Positions 42,066 through 50,776 of a stretch of DNA of 64,000 nucleotides are shown in pieces. A model generated the notes under the pieces. The model did no database searches and had not been told where the DNA came from. It saw only the letters and a program-made list of their open reading frames with translations. Position 1 is the first letter of the stretch; the number at the start of each line of letters is the position of its first letter. A program made the translations under genes and the position numbers. The stretch is taken from contig CM000431.1 in the NCBI GenBank assembly GCA_000165345.1, positions 640,001 through 704,000 of the forward strand, given 5' to 3'.

Positions 42066-42783
42066 ATGGAGGAAAATAATCAAATATCGCTTTCCCTTTT
42101 AACTTTTTTAAGATATGAGTATTTAAATTATTGTATAAACAAATCATCTGAATTAATTTCAGATGAAAAGAATTTTCAGACTGTAAAACACTCTAAAAAA
42201 CTGTCAATAAGTGGATTACAAGTTTGCAAAGACTCACTAATAAGAGAACTTTCTATGTCAACTCTCGAAGAATCTGGATTTTATTTGGGAATTAGATTAG
42301 TTGAAAGGTTAGTGACACGGTTATTCACTGCGCAGCAACACATACTTTAGATTATCAGTATTCCGCCACAGAATTTATGATCAAAAAGAAATAATTAAAT
42401 TTATTTGCAAAGACTTATGGAACTTCATATTTCTCAAACAAGCAGATAGGCTCAAGACAAACAGAAGAGTAAGTTAATATTCTAATTAATGTTTTGAAAC
42501 ACGTTTTCAGGGTGGTTACGCAATATTAGATAACGAGTTAATATGGCTTTCAAAACTGCCAAGCTCGATTAGCGCAAACTCTAGAAAAGTGCAATTTGAA
42601 CCAGCAATCAACGTCATTATTGTATGTGGAATTATCAGAGGAGCATTACAGCATTTAGGGCTTACGTGCTCAGTAGCAGCAGAAGTCAGCAAGATTCCTT
42701 CTTGTAAGTTATTGTCGCGTATATTTTATTTTAATTCAGTTTTAGGCACGTTTCAAATACGTGTATATGCCCCATCAAGGTAA
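42066..42783 (+). CDS. TRAPP complex subunit TRAPPC6/Trs33 (Bet3 family). Four exons: join(42066..42307,42351..42468,42511..42703,42746..42783).
   Basis: Spliced product: ...GFYLGIRLVE|RLSVFRHRIYDQKEIIKFICKDLWNFIFLKQADRLKTNRR|GGYAILDNELIWL...VIIVCGIIRGALQHLGLTCSVAAEVSKIPS|CTFQIRVYAPSR*. It tracks human TRAPPC6B (MGFRVGQGLIERF...MKFICKDFW...NLRTNHQGIYVLQDN...FTCGLIRGGLSNLGIKSIVTAEVSSMPACKFQVMIQKL). Introns of 43, 42 and 42 nt (GTTAGT, GTAAGT, GTAAGT). The first acceptor could instead be 42371 (64-nt intron). The ORF track shows exons 1 and 3 as two unrelated ORFs. Confidence 0.75.
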
Positions 42784-42881
42784 AATAGTAAGAAAATATT
42801 CAAATTTACTCTTTGTAAAATATTGTGTAATATTACATTAATTGCAATTCATATGCCCCACATTTTCATGTGGAAGGTGTG

Positions 42882-42889
42882 TGGCGCCA
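42882..42889. promoter_or_regulatory. Palindromic TGGCGCCA (E2F-like) about 120 bp upstream of the CENP-C-like gene.
   Basis: gtgTGGCGCCAttcaacg. Confidence 0.35.
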
Positions 42890-43008
42890 TTCAACGAGCG
42901 GTTAACAAAAATTTATACTAACAAATTAATTATTTCTTGATTCAATAGAGAAATAATGATATATTTTTTAAATAAATTACTCATTGATACACAAGATTGT
43001 ACGTTTCA

Positions 43009-45633
43009 ATGCGTATAGCTGGAATAAAGAGTAACTCAATTACGCCTTTGAGGCAGCCATTTGAAACATTTGTTACAGGGAATGATGGAACGTATAAGAG
43101 TATTGATAGATGGAGGTCAAAATATTACTCTTCCAACGATGATTATTTGTCTCCAACGTTCTTGGATGACTCTTGCTCGTTATCATCATCTCCAATATTT
43201 CATGATGAAACTCCAAATACCACCATAGGTACGCCGGTTACCTCTCCGCGTAAAAAGAGTAGTAGTACAAGAAAAGTCAGAGTTTCAATTGACTCTGTTC
43301 TCACTAATTCTAATGAAAATACACCTACAAACAACCTAAATTATAAAAGGCCACCTTCAATTGGTACTCCAATACTCACCCCTCCATCAGCAAAAACTGC
43401 TGTTCATGACAATGAGGGATTTTTGATACCTGACCTACCAGGGACATCAAGGACGAGGAATTTTAGGAGCAGTCACCGGAACGATATCTCAAGAAGCTGT
43501 AATAACTACTCATCTGCAGATCCCGTTCACATTACAATGCCGCCAAGACTAGGACTGCCATCACAAACTCCATTGAATATGAAAGACCAATATAGAAAGT
43601 CCCCTCTTCCTGTTGTATCAGCAAACTTGGATTACAGAACGGTTTACATGGGTGACAAACTGGCAGCAAGGGCAAAAGATTTAAGGAGGAATTATACTGT
43701 ATCTCTTCGTGAAGCTTCTCCCTTTTTTCGTAATAATTATGAGTATGATCATTCTTATTCAGAAAACCCTACGATTCATGAGGATGACCTTATTTTGCAT
43801 CGCGGGGAAATACTTAGAAACAAATACTCAAAGTTACACAGGGCTCGGCCCAGTACAAACTGTGTGGCTAGTGATCAAAGGAGTAGATCGCTTTCTTCTT
43901 ATTACTCAGAAAGCGCATCTAGAAAAAATTTCTCTCCAGGATATAGAAGTAACTCCCTATATAATAACTATCGCCACTCGATTTTCGGGAATTTTAGGTG
44001 GAATAACAAGAGACGAAGATTAGGAAGCTATATTGCCAGCCAAAATGATATCTTACAACAACATATTCAAATAATCGACAAATCTTTAGATAGATCATCC
44101 AATGGTGATTTTGCTCTTTTTGAAGGTGGAATGCTTGACTCTCCAGATAGTAATAAAAATTGCACGCATGAATCAAGCAGTCCGATAAAAAGTAGATATA
44201 TCAATTCACAAGAACTTAACTTTAATTTAGAAAAAAGTTCAGTAAAAGCCATCTCAAGTCCAAGCAATGAGGTTAAATCAAGTAATATAAACTCTCGTGA
44301 AGCAAACAACTCGGAGGCCATAAACTACACAACGGACAATATGAAGAACTTAGAAGTGCCTTCCGATTCGGGAAAGCTTACTTTCAAACATTTTGACTCA
44401 AATGAGCCAGACGATCCTGCACAACCCAATGATCAAGATGTTTCATTTAATTCAGTTTTTGGCTCTTCGCAAGCCAACGAATATGGAGAATCTGACATTC
44501 AAGACCTATCTGTTGTTGTAATGAGTAGTTCATCAAAAAAGTGTTTACCCTCTGCAATTTCAAATTCAAGTTTGGATGAAATTGTGCCACATCCGATTCC
44601 CAACTCGTCTGAAATATCCAATAGAGATATATATGGAGCACCAAATGAAATTGAATCATTTACCAATGACGATAGTCACTCTAATGAGAATAAGCCTGAA
44701 AAAAGTAAAAATGTAAAAAACAAAAGGACCAGAGCTGACAGCCAAAAAAAACACGCTAGAGGTAAGACAATAAATAGAAGGCGTCACATTGACTATCATA
44801 TACCGATAGATCAAGTCAAACCACCACCTGGAATAGGTACAAAACCATTGTCTGATGAGCCTTCAAACTTTGAGAACTCATCCAGAAGATATCCCAAGAG
44901 ACTCAGGACAGCTCCGCTTAAATGGTACCTGGGTGAAAGGCTGGAATACCATCGAGATGAAAAGAACGAACTTGGCTACACAATTGCCGCTATACACAAG
45001 GTTGCAAACCCAAAGATGCTTCCTAATGAGCGTGGGAGTATCCATCCCAACAGTGATATTTCTACATACCCAGCTTCTTGCAAACCTAATACTGATGAAC
45101 TTGAATTTCACAAAAAAAGTAACCGTGACGTTTGTTCCGACAAATCAAAACCTAGAGCTGAGAATACAAATATATCAAAGAAGGTCAAGTCTAAAGTAAA
45201 GCGTGTTTCTGGAAACGATCAAGAAAAAAAATCTAATGCTGTTATTCTTAAAGATTATGAAACAAATGAAGAATTTTCAATGATATCTGTATTTGACAGA
45301 AATACTCTATGCTGGGCTGATGTTGAGTACACTGCAGGTAAACCATATAGTGTTGCTCTTTCTTTTATATCTAGTCAAGCAACTTGCTGTGAAATATGCC
45401 TTCCTCCTCTAACTGAGAAAGGGCTCGATGAAAGTCAAGATAATTACATACTAGGGCATGTATATATGGCCCCGGATAGTAAATCTTTACAAATAATGAT
45501 AAGTGATAACAATGTTTACAACATTGGTGTTGGAGACTGGTTCCTAATACCTGACAATACGAACTACAATTTCAGCAATACTTCTGATCATTCAGAAATT
45601 TATATTTCTTTGTATGTTATTAAGGATAGTTAG
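43009..45633 (+). CDS. Ser-rich kinetochore protein CENP-C/Mif2-like (CENP-C motif plus C-terminal cupin fold).
   Basis: RRYPKRLRTAPLKWYLGERLEYHRDE matches the CENP-C motif (R.S.R..P...YW.GE...Y). The last ~120 aa (CWADVEYTAGKPYSVALSFISS...GDWFLIPDNTNYNFSN...IYISLYVI) look like the Mif2/CENP-C cupin. The track starts at TTG 42997; first ATG at 43009. Confidence 0.55.
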   Translation: MRIAGIKSNSITPLRQPFETFVTGNDGTYKSIDRWRSKYYSSNDDYLSPTFLDDSCSLSSSPIFHDETPNTTIGTPVTSPRKKSSSTRKVRVSIDSVLTNSNENTPTNNLNYKRPPSIGTPILTPPSAKTAVHDNEGFLIPDLPGTSRTRNFRSSHRNDISRSCNNYSSADPVHITMPPRLGLPSQTPLNMKDQYRKSPLPVVSANLDYRTVYMGDKLAARAKDLRRNYTVSLREASPFFRNNYEYDHSYSENPTIHEDDLILHRGEILRNKYSKLHRARPSTNCVASDQRSRSLSSYYSESASRKNFSPGYRSNSLYNNYRHSIFGNFRWNNKRRRLGSYIASQNDILQQHIQIIDKSLDRSSNGDFALFEGGMLDSPDSNKNCTHESSSPIKSRYINSQELNFNLEKSSVKAISSPSNEVKSSNINSREANNSEAINYTTDNMKNLEVPSDSGKLTFKHFDSNEPDDPAQPNDQDVSFNSVFGSSQANEYGESDIQDLSVVVMSSSSKKCLPSAISNSSLDEIVPHPIPNSSEISNRDIYGAPNEIESFTNDDSHSNENKPEKSKNVKNKRTRADSQKKHARGKTINRRRHIDYHIPIDQVKPPPGIGTKPLSDEPSNFENSSRRYPKRLRTAPLKWYLGERLEYHRDEKNELGYTIAAIHKVANPKMLPNERGSIHPNSDISTYPASCKPNTDELEFHKKSNRDVCSDKSKPRAENTNISKKVKSKVKRVSGNDQEKKSNAVILKDYETNEEFSMISVFDRNTLCWADVEYTAGKPYSVALSFISSQATCCEICLPPLTEKGLDESQDNYILGHVYMAPDSKSLQIMISDNNVYNIGVGDWFLIPDNTNYNFSNTSDHSEIYISLYVIKDS

Positions 45634-45656
45634 TTATGATAATTTATCTTTTCCCT

Positions 45657-47034
45657 CTATATCCACGTTCTTCTGAGTATTTTACTTGGTAAATAAGTAT
45701 TCACCAAATAATCACTAGAAATTGATTGGAATGCTTCTAATTCGCATTTATAATTATGTTCATACATCAGTTTGCATTGCCGACAAAGTATCTCACATTC
45801 CTATTTGTGTTAATTGTTACTTGTACTTAATGTTCGTGCTTACCTTTATTGCTGGATCTTCTATTAGTGATTTCAAGGTGGATCTATCTTTTTCGGATAG
45901 AATAACCCTTGTCTACAAAAAATTAACTTAACTTTTATAGCATTATAACTTACATCGGATGGAATGAGTTCTGTATCTTCAAAATGTATTCCCAAATAAT
46001 ATATACTTGGACAAGCTAAAATATATAAAACAAAATTATGGAGTAAAGTTTATTGTCATACCTGCCAATTGTGATTCAAAATTGCTTGAACCTCGTACGT
46101 ATGTTAGGTATATATTGATGCCATGTGGATCAAAGTCCCCTAAATATAAAGCCTATCAGAACTTATAAGAGGTAATAAAAATAAGTGAGAACTTACTGTA
46201 ATTCCAGATTTACATATAATGTCGGAGACTAATTTCCTAGTTGAAATATCTGGAAAGCCTTTACCTACTTTGAATTATTTATAATAAAAACATTTTTTTA
46301 CATACCCGTAATTACCAAACAAGGAATCCTATTATAAATCTCTCTCTCCATTAAATACTGAAATATCGAAGCCTTTTCAATAACTAATAAATATTTCACA
46401 TTTGTCTTTATTATATATTTACTGTCATTTGGATCAAATATATCTGTGATCGTTGCTCCTGACACTCCAAGTTCTTCAACGTCTAAAAAATCTGAATTCT
46501 AAGAATAATTTGAAAATATAAAAATGTGAACCCTTACTTTATAAATTAGTTTTATTCTTCCGCCAATCATTCCTTTTGGAGAAGGGAATAATCCAAATGA
46601 TATTCTTGGTATCTGCAGGATTTCTGAAAAGTCTAAATTTCAGGTTTATTAATTATCATTATTTTGTTTACTTACTTTGCACTATTCTATTTACTTGGGA
46701 TTGACTCTATAAAGGGTGATTTATTATAAATATTTGTAGTTTAGTACTTACCTTAAAAAGCCAACTATTATGATAGTATAACTCTCTTAATGTTAATTTT
46801 CTACCTCTTTTCTGTGCACTATGTAAAACGTTCGCAATTGAAGTAACTAATTAAATTGTTTAAGTAAATTATTTAAAAAACCAACTTACTCTTTGCAATA
46901 TTAATTACATCATTTTTTCTTCTTGATGAGCCAATAATATATTGATCGCATTGTAAAGATTCAATCCAATTTAGTGTATTAAAAGATGTAGATTTCCCCA
47001 AATTAAATAAAACAATATCTTCAATAAAATTCAT
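45657..47034 (-). CDS. SPO11: Meiotic recombination protein SPO11 (topoisomerase VI subunit A family). Ten exons: complement(join(45657..45800,45844..45912,45954..46015,46062..46152,46197..46264,46306..46498,46538..46632,46676..46706,46752..46846,46890..47034)); 330 aa.
   Basis: Hand-spliced on the minus strand. Exon 2 carries the catalytic-Tyr motif QKRGRKLTLRELYYHNS. Exons 5-6 carry the TOPRIM core KYLLVIEKASIFQYLMEREIYNRIPCLVITG|KGFPDISTRKLV. Exon 7 carries YLGDFDPHGINIYLTYVRGS. Exons 8-10 end ...LIPSD|TRVILSEKDRSTLKSLIEDPAIK|...KCELEAFQSISSDYLVNTYLPSKILRRTWI*, matching the mouse SPO11 C-terminus (KAEIEALSSLSSDYLSRVYLPNKLRFGGWI) as I remember it. There are nine introns of 39-46 nt with donors GTAAGT x5, GTAAGG, GTATGT, GTATGA and GTAAGC, and YAG acceptors; phases are consistent and total 993 nt. 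The ORF track shows nothing here except a 69-aa antisense fragment. Confidence 0.85.
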
Positions 47035-47214
47035 TTATACTTCATTAAGCAAAAGCAACAAAATAAATAATTTACCTCCCTTCTAAATAGTTGTATATTT
47101 ATAAGTATTTCAATATAATTTTTTTCCTGGTTATTTTTTTATCTTGAAAATCTAATAATTTTTTAAATTACCGCAATAAAGAAAACATTTATTATTAAAT
47201 TGTACCACATTATA

Positions 47215-50200
47215 ATGGTAAAAATAACGAATGATGAAAATGAAAGGACGATTATATTGAATAATAAAAATGAAGAAAGCTTTATCCATTCATTCAAAAG
47301 ACTTAATGTAATAAAAACAGCAAGATATTCTCTTTTATTTTTTTTACCAAAAAATCTATATGATCAATTTAACAATGTTGCAAATATTTACTTTTTGGCA
47401 ATAGGTATTATGCAAATGGTACCTTCAATATCATCATCTGGTGGAATCCCTACAATAGCTCTTCCTTTAATATGTATGTTATGTTTTTCTGCGGCGCAAG
47501 CAGCATATGAAGATTGGAAAAGACATAAAGCAGACTCAGAAATAAACAACCTTCCTACGTATGCATATGATCCAATTAAAGGTAATTTTGCAGTCACAAA
47601 ATGGGGTGATTTGAAGAACGGAGATCTTGTAATTGTTAAAAATAGAGAAATTTTTCCTGCTGATATGGTATTACTTGCCTCTAGTCAAAATGATAATCGA
47701 GTGTTTGTCGAGACTGCCTCAATGGACGGTGAAACAAACCTAAAGCTTCGAGAAAGCCCTAGAATTCTTTTTAATAATGGAGTTAGAAATATTAGTGATA
47801 TCCTTACTATTTCAAAAGGTATAATGTATTGTGGGGAGCCAAATGATCACCCAAAAAAGATACATATAAATTCAAAATTTGTGTTGAAAAATTCTAAGGA
47901 CGATGAAAAAGAACTCAATTTTTCGTGTAATTCATCAAATATGTTATTACGTGGGTGTAAGCTAAGAAACACCTCATGGGCACTTGGCGTTGTGGCATAC
48001 ACTGCTCATGAAACGAAAATTTATCAAAGCAGTTTTAGATCAGCCCCACATAAAATGAGTAATGTACAATCTTTATATAACCAAGTAACTATTGCATCAT
48101 TCATCTTCTTGTTGTTTATTTGCCTTTCTTTTGGAATTATTGTAGCTTGCATTGATTACTTTGGAGGACCAGAATTGTCGAAAAAGTTTATTCCAATTGG
48201 GAAAATGGAGCCCAACGAAAGTGTGATTAAAACTTCAATAATTACTTTTTTTACCTGGATTATTGTTCTTGCAAATCTAATACCTATTGGAATGTTTTTT
48301 TATTTAGTAATATCCAAAGTTTCACAAGCAATAATCATTGCTTCAGATTCTAGATTAACAAGTCAAAACTCTACTGTTGTAAGGAATTCAGATTTAAATG
48401 ACGAGCTAGGTCAGGTATCTTATATTTGTACTGACAAAACAGGAACATTAACAAGGAATTACATGGAATTCAAAACTGTTTGTATTAACGGAAACGTATA
48501 TGGAGGTAACCATCACGAAATGAGGCAAGATACAGATCAATTGAGTATTGAACACACAGAAAAACAAAAAATAACTCCGCATGTTGACATGGAAGATGAA
48601 TTACTGAGAAAAAACTTAAAAGAAGGAAATAAGGAAGAGATAGAAATACTATTGAATTTTGCTCTAAACCATACAGTATTAATACAAGAAAATGAGGTTG
48701 ATTTAGATGAACCACCTCTCTATTCGGCAAGTTCAACTGATGAGGAAGCGCTTGTATTAGCTTCCCACCACTTTGGAATATCACTAGTTTCCCAAAACTG
48801 CTCAAAAAGTACAATTAAATTTTCTGGGATAGGAACTAACCAAACTTCTGTTGAGTTTGAAACATTGCTAAGATTTGAATTTGACCACGCAAGAAAAATA
48901 AGTTCAGTATTGGTAAAATTCCCAAAAAAAATCTTTAGTTACGAGTCAAATGATTCAGATGGTTATAGGTATATCCTATTTTCTAAAGGATCGGAATCTG
49001 CAATAAAAGAATGTTGTGTTAATCAAGAAAGTTTGGATATTGCTAATGAAACATTTGAATATGCAACAGAATTTGCTAGTAATGGCTATAGGACACTGTG
49101 TTTTGCAAAAAAAGAACTTAGTGAAAATGAAGTTATTGATATTTTAAATAACTTTAAACATGACAATAAAATTCATTTAGAAGAAGTTAGAACATTCTTT
49201 GAAAGCAACTTGACTCTACAGGGGTGTTCCGGAATTGAAGATATCTTACAGCACCGTGCCCAGGAAACGATTGAGTCACTGATTGCTTCAGGTATCAAAG
49301 TTTGGATGCTTACCGGCGATCGACAAGAAACTGCAATAAACATTGCAGTTAGGGTTGGAATCATTTCAGATGAAATGGAAGTTATTATTTTTGATGAAAA
49401 TAAACTTGAATCATTTTCAAATAATTTAATTAAAGAATTTCCCGATAGATCAAGTTTTTTGAATAGAGAAAATGGCTCATTCAATTTCTCAAATGTAGTA
49501 TTAGTCATTGATTCCAAAATATTGGAAAAGGCCCTAGTAATTGATGAAGCTAAATTTGCAAAAATTGCAACAAAATGTTCATCTGTAGTTTGTTCTAGAG
49601 TTACACCTCAACAAAAAGCACAAGTTGTCAAGTTAATTCAGGAATTTACAAAGCAAAGAGTATTAGCAATTGGTGATGGCGGAAATGACTGTACTATGTT
49701 ACAAACTGCAAATGTTGGTGTTGGCATCCATGGTTCAGAAGGCATGCAAGCTTATAATGTATCTGATTTTGGTATTTCCCAATTCTGTCATCTTCAACCT
49801 TTGGTTCTTATACACGGAAGGCTCTGTTACAGAAGAACATCTATTTTGGTGCTATATAACCTTTACAAATGTTTTACTCTAAATATTGTGAGTGTTTATT
49901 TTGGTTTTGCATCGCTTTTCACAGGGTCTAAATTGTTTTTTGAATTACTATTCCAGTTATATAACTTTCTATATACTTCAGTACCTCCCATAATTTTTGC
50001 AACATTTGATTCAGATATTCCAATTACATTACCATATGATTATCACGAGCCACTTTATTTATTAGGCATAACCAAGCCATTCTTTTCATTAAAAATATTT
50101 GGGATTTGGTCCATGAATGCTGTTTTCCATGCAGCGGTATCATTGTTCATTCCTTACTTTATTTTGGGAGGCAACAATCCAATATCAAATGATGGATACG

Positions 50201-50751
50201 TTCCAGATTTTTGGACTACAGGGCTAGCCGTTTATACCAATGTTGTAATTGTTGTAAATACCAAGATATTACTCGAAGCATTTACTTCATGGAGTCTTGT
50301 TTTATTTTCAATAATAATATGTGCCTTTCTATTTTTTCTATCAATTTTGTGTTTCCCCTACATTTTCCATATACCAGAATTGGAATTAGCAGCTAAAAGG
50401 GCAATCATTACCCCAATGTTCGTCATTACAATTGTTATATCAATTACAGTTACTATTTCACTAGATTGGATATTAAAAATATATAAAAGAAGCTTATACC
50501 CTGAAATATCTCACTTGTTGCAGAATAAGTGGTATAAAATATACAAAAAAAAATATGAATCTCACAGGCAACTTCTTCTGAAACACTTATCACTTAATTG
50601 GCTCGAGTCCATGAGAAGATTAAAAAGAAAGAAATCGGCAGAAGTTGAACAAATTCAAATAAGGAAAAAATCATCTGATATAATTGGATATGCATTCAAC
50701 TATCCAGATGTTAACGTGAGTCAGCTGTTTCTATCAAATAAAACAATATAA
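47215..50751 (+). CDS. Phospholipid-transporting P4-type ATPase (flippase).
   Basis: DKTGTLT phosphorylation site, TGDRQETAINIA, GDGGNDCTMLQTANVGVGI, and the P4-type N-terminus ARYSLLFFLPKNLYDQFNNVANIYFL; 10 TM segments. Confidence 0.9.
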   Translation: MVKITNDENERTIILNNKNEESFIHSFKRLNVIKTARYSLLFFLPKNLYDQFNNVANIYFLAIGIMQMVPSISSSGGIPTIALPLICMLCFSAAQAAYEDWKRHKADSEINNLPTYAYDPIKGNFAVTKWGDLKNGDLVIVKNREIFPADMVLLASSQNDNRVFVETASMDGETNLKLRESPRILFNNGVRNISDILTISKGIMYCGEPNDHPKKIHINSKFVLKNSKDDEKELNFSCNSSNMLLRGCKLRNTSWALGVVAYTAHETKIYQSSFRSAPHKMSNVQSLYNQVTIASFIFLLFICLSFGIIVACIDYFGGPELSKKFIPIGKMEPNESVIKTSIITFFTWIIVLANLIPIGMFFYLVISKVSQAIIIASDSRLTSQNSTVVRNSDLNDELGQVSYICTDKTGTLTRNYMEFKTVCINGNVYGGNHHEMRQDTDQLSIEHTEKQKITPHVDMEDELLRKNLKEGNKEEIEILLNFALNHTVLIQENEVDLDEPPLYSASSTDEEALVLASHHFGISLVSQNCSKSTIKFSGIGTNQTSVEFETLLRFEFDHARKISSVLVKFPKKIFSYESNDSDGYRYILFSKGSESAIKECCVNQESLDIANETFEYATEFASNGYRTLCFAKKELSENEVIDILNNFKHDNKIHLEEVRTFFESNLTLQGCSGIEDILQHRAQETIESLIASGIKVWMLTGDRQETAINIAVRVGIISDEMEVIIFDENKLESFSNNLIKEFPDRSSFLNRENGSFNFSNVVLVIDSKILEKALVIDEAKFAKIATKCSSVVCSRVTPQQKAQVVKLIQEFTKQRVLAIGDGGNDCTMLQTANVGVGIHGSEGMQAYNVSDFGISQFCHLQPLVLIHGRLCYRRTSILVLYNLYKCFTLNIVSVYFGFASLFTGSKLFFELLFQLYNFLYTSVPPIIFATFDSDIPITLPYDYHEPLYLLGITKPFFSLKIFGIWSMNAVFHAAVSLFIPYFILGGNNPISNDGYVPDFWTTGLAVYTNVVIVVNTKILLEAFTSWSLVLFSIIICAFLFFLSILCFPYIFHIPELELAAKRAIITPMFVITIVISITVTISLDWILKIYKRSLYPEISHLLQNKWYKIYKKKYESHRQLLLKHLSLNWLESMRRLKRKKSAEVEQIQIRKKSSDIIGYAFNYPDVNVSQLFLSNKTI

Positions 50752-50776
50752 ATTTATTTGTTATTGAAATTTTTAA

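Noticed and set aside
42351-42371. Alternative acceptor CCACAG (42371) for the TRAPPC6 first intron
   Set aside because: It is also in frame, but it gives a 7-residue rather than 14-residue spacer before the IKFICKDLW motif. The 42350 acceptor yields a 43-nt intron and reproduces the human TRAPPC6B spacing as I remember it. It is kept as the alternative inside the feature call.
42589-42783. Treating ORF 42589..42783 as an independent 64-aa gene
   Set aside because: Its N-terminal 'M' is not a real start; the frame is the continuation of TRAPPC6 exon 3 and, after a 42-nt intron, exon 4.
45722-45931. 69-aa plus-strand ORF MIGMLLIRIYNYVHTSV... between CENP-C and the P4-ATPase
   Set aside because: It lies antisense to SPO11 exons 9 and 10, which have strong homology support.
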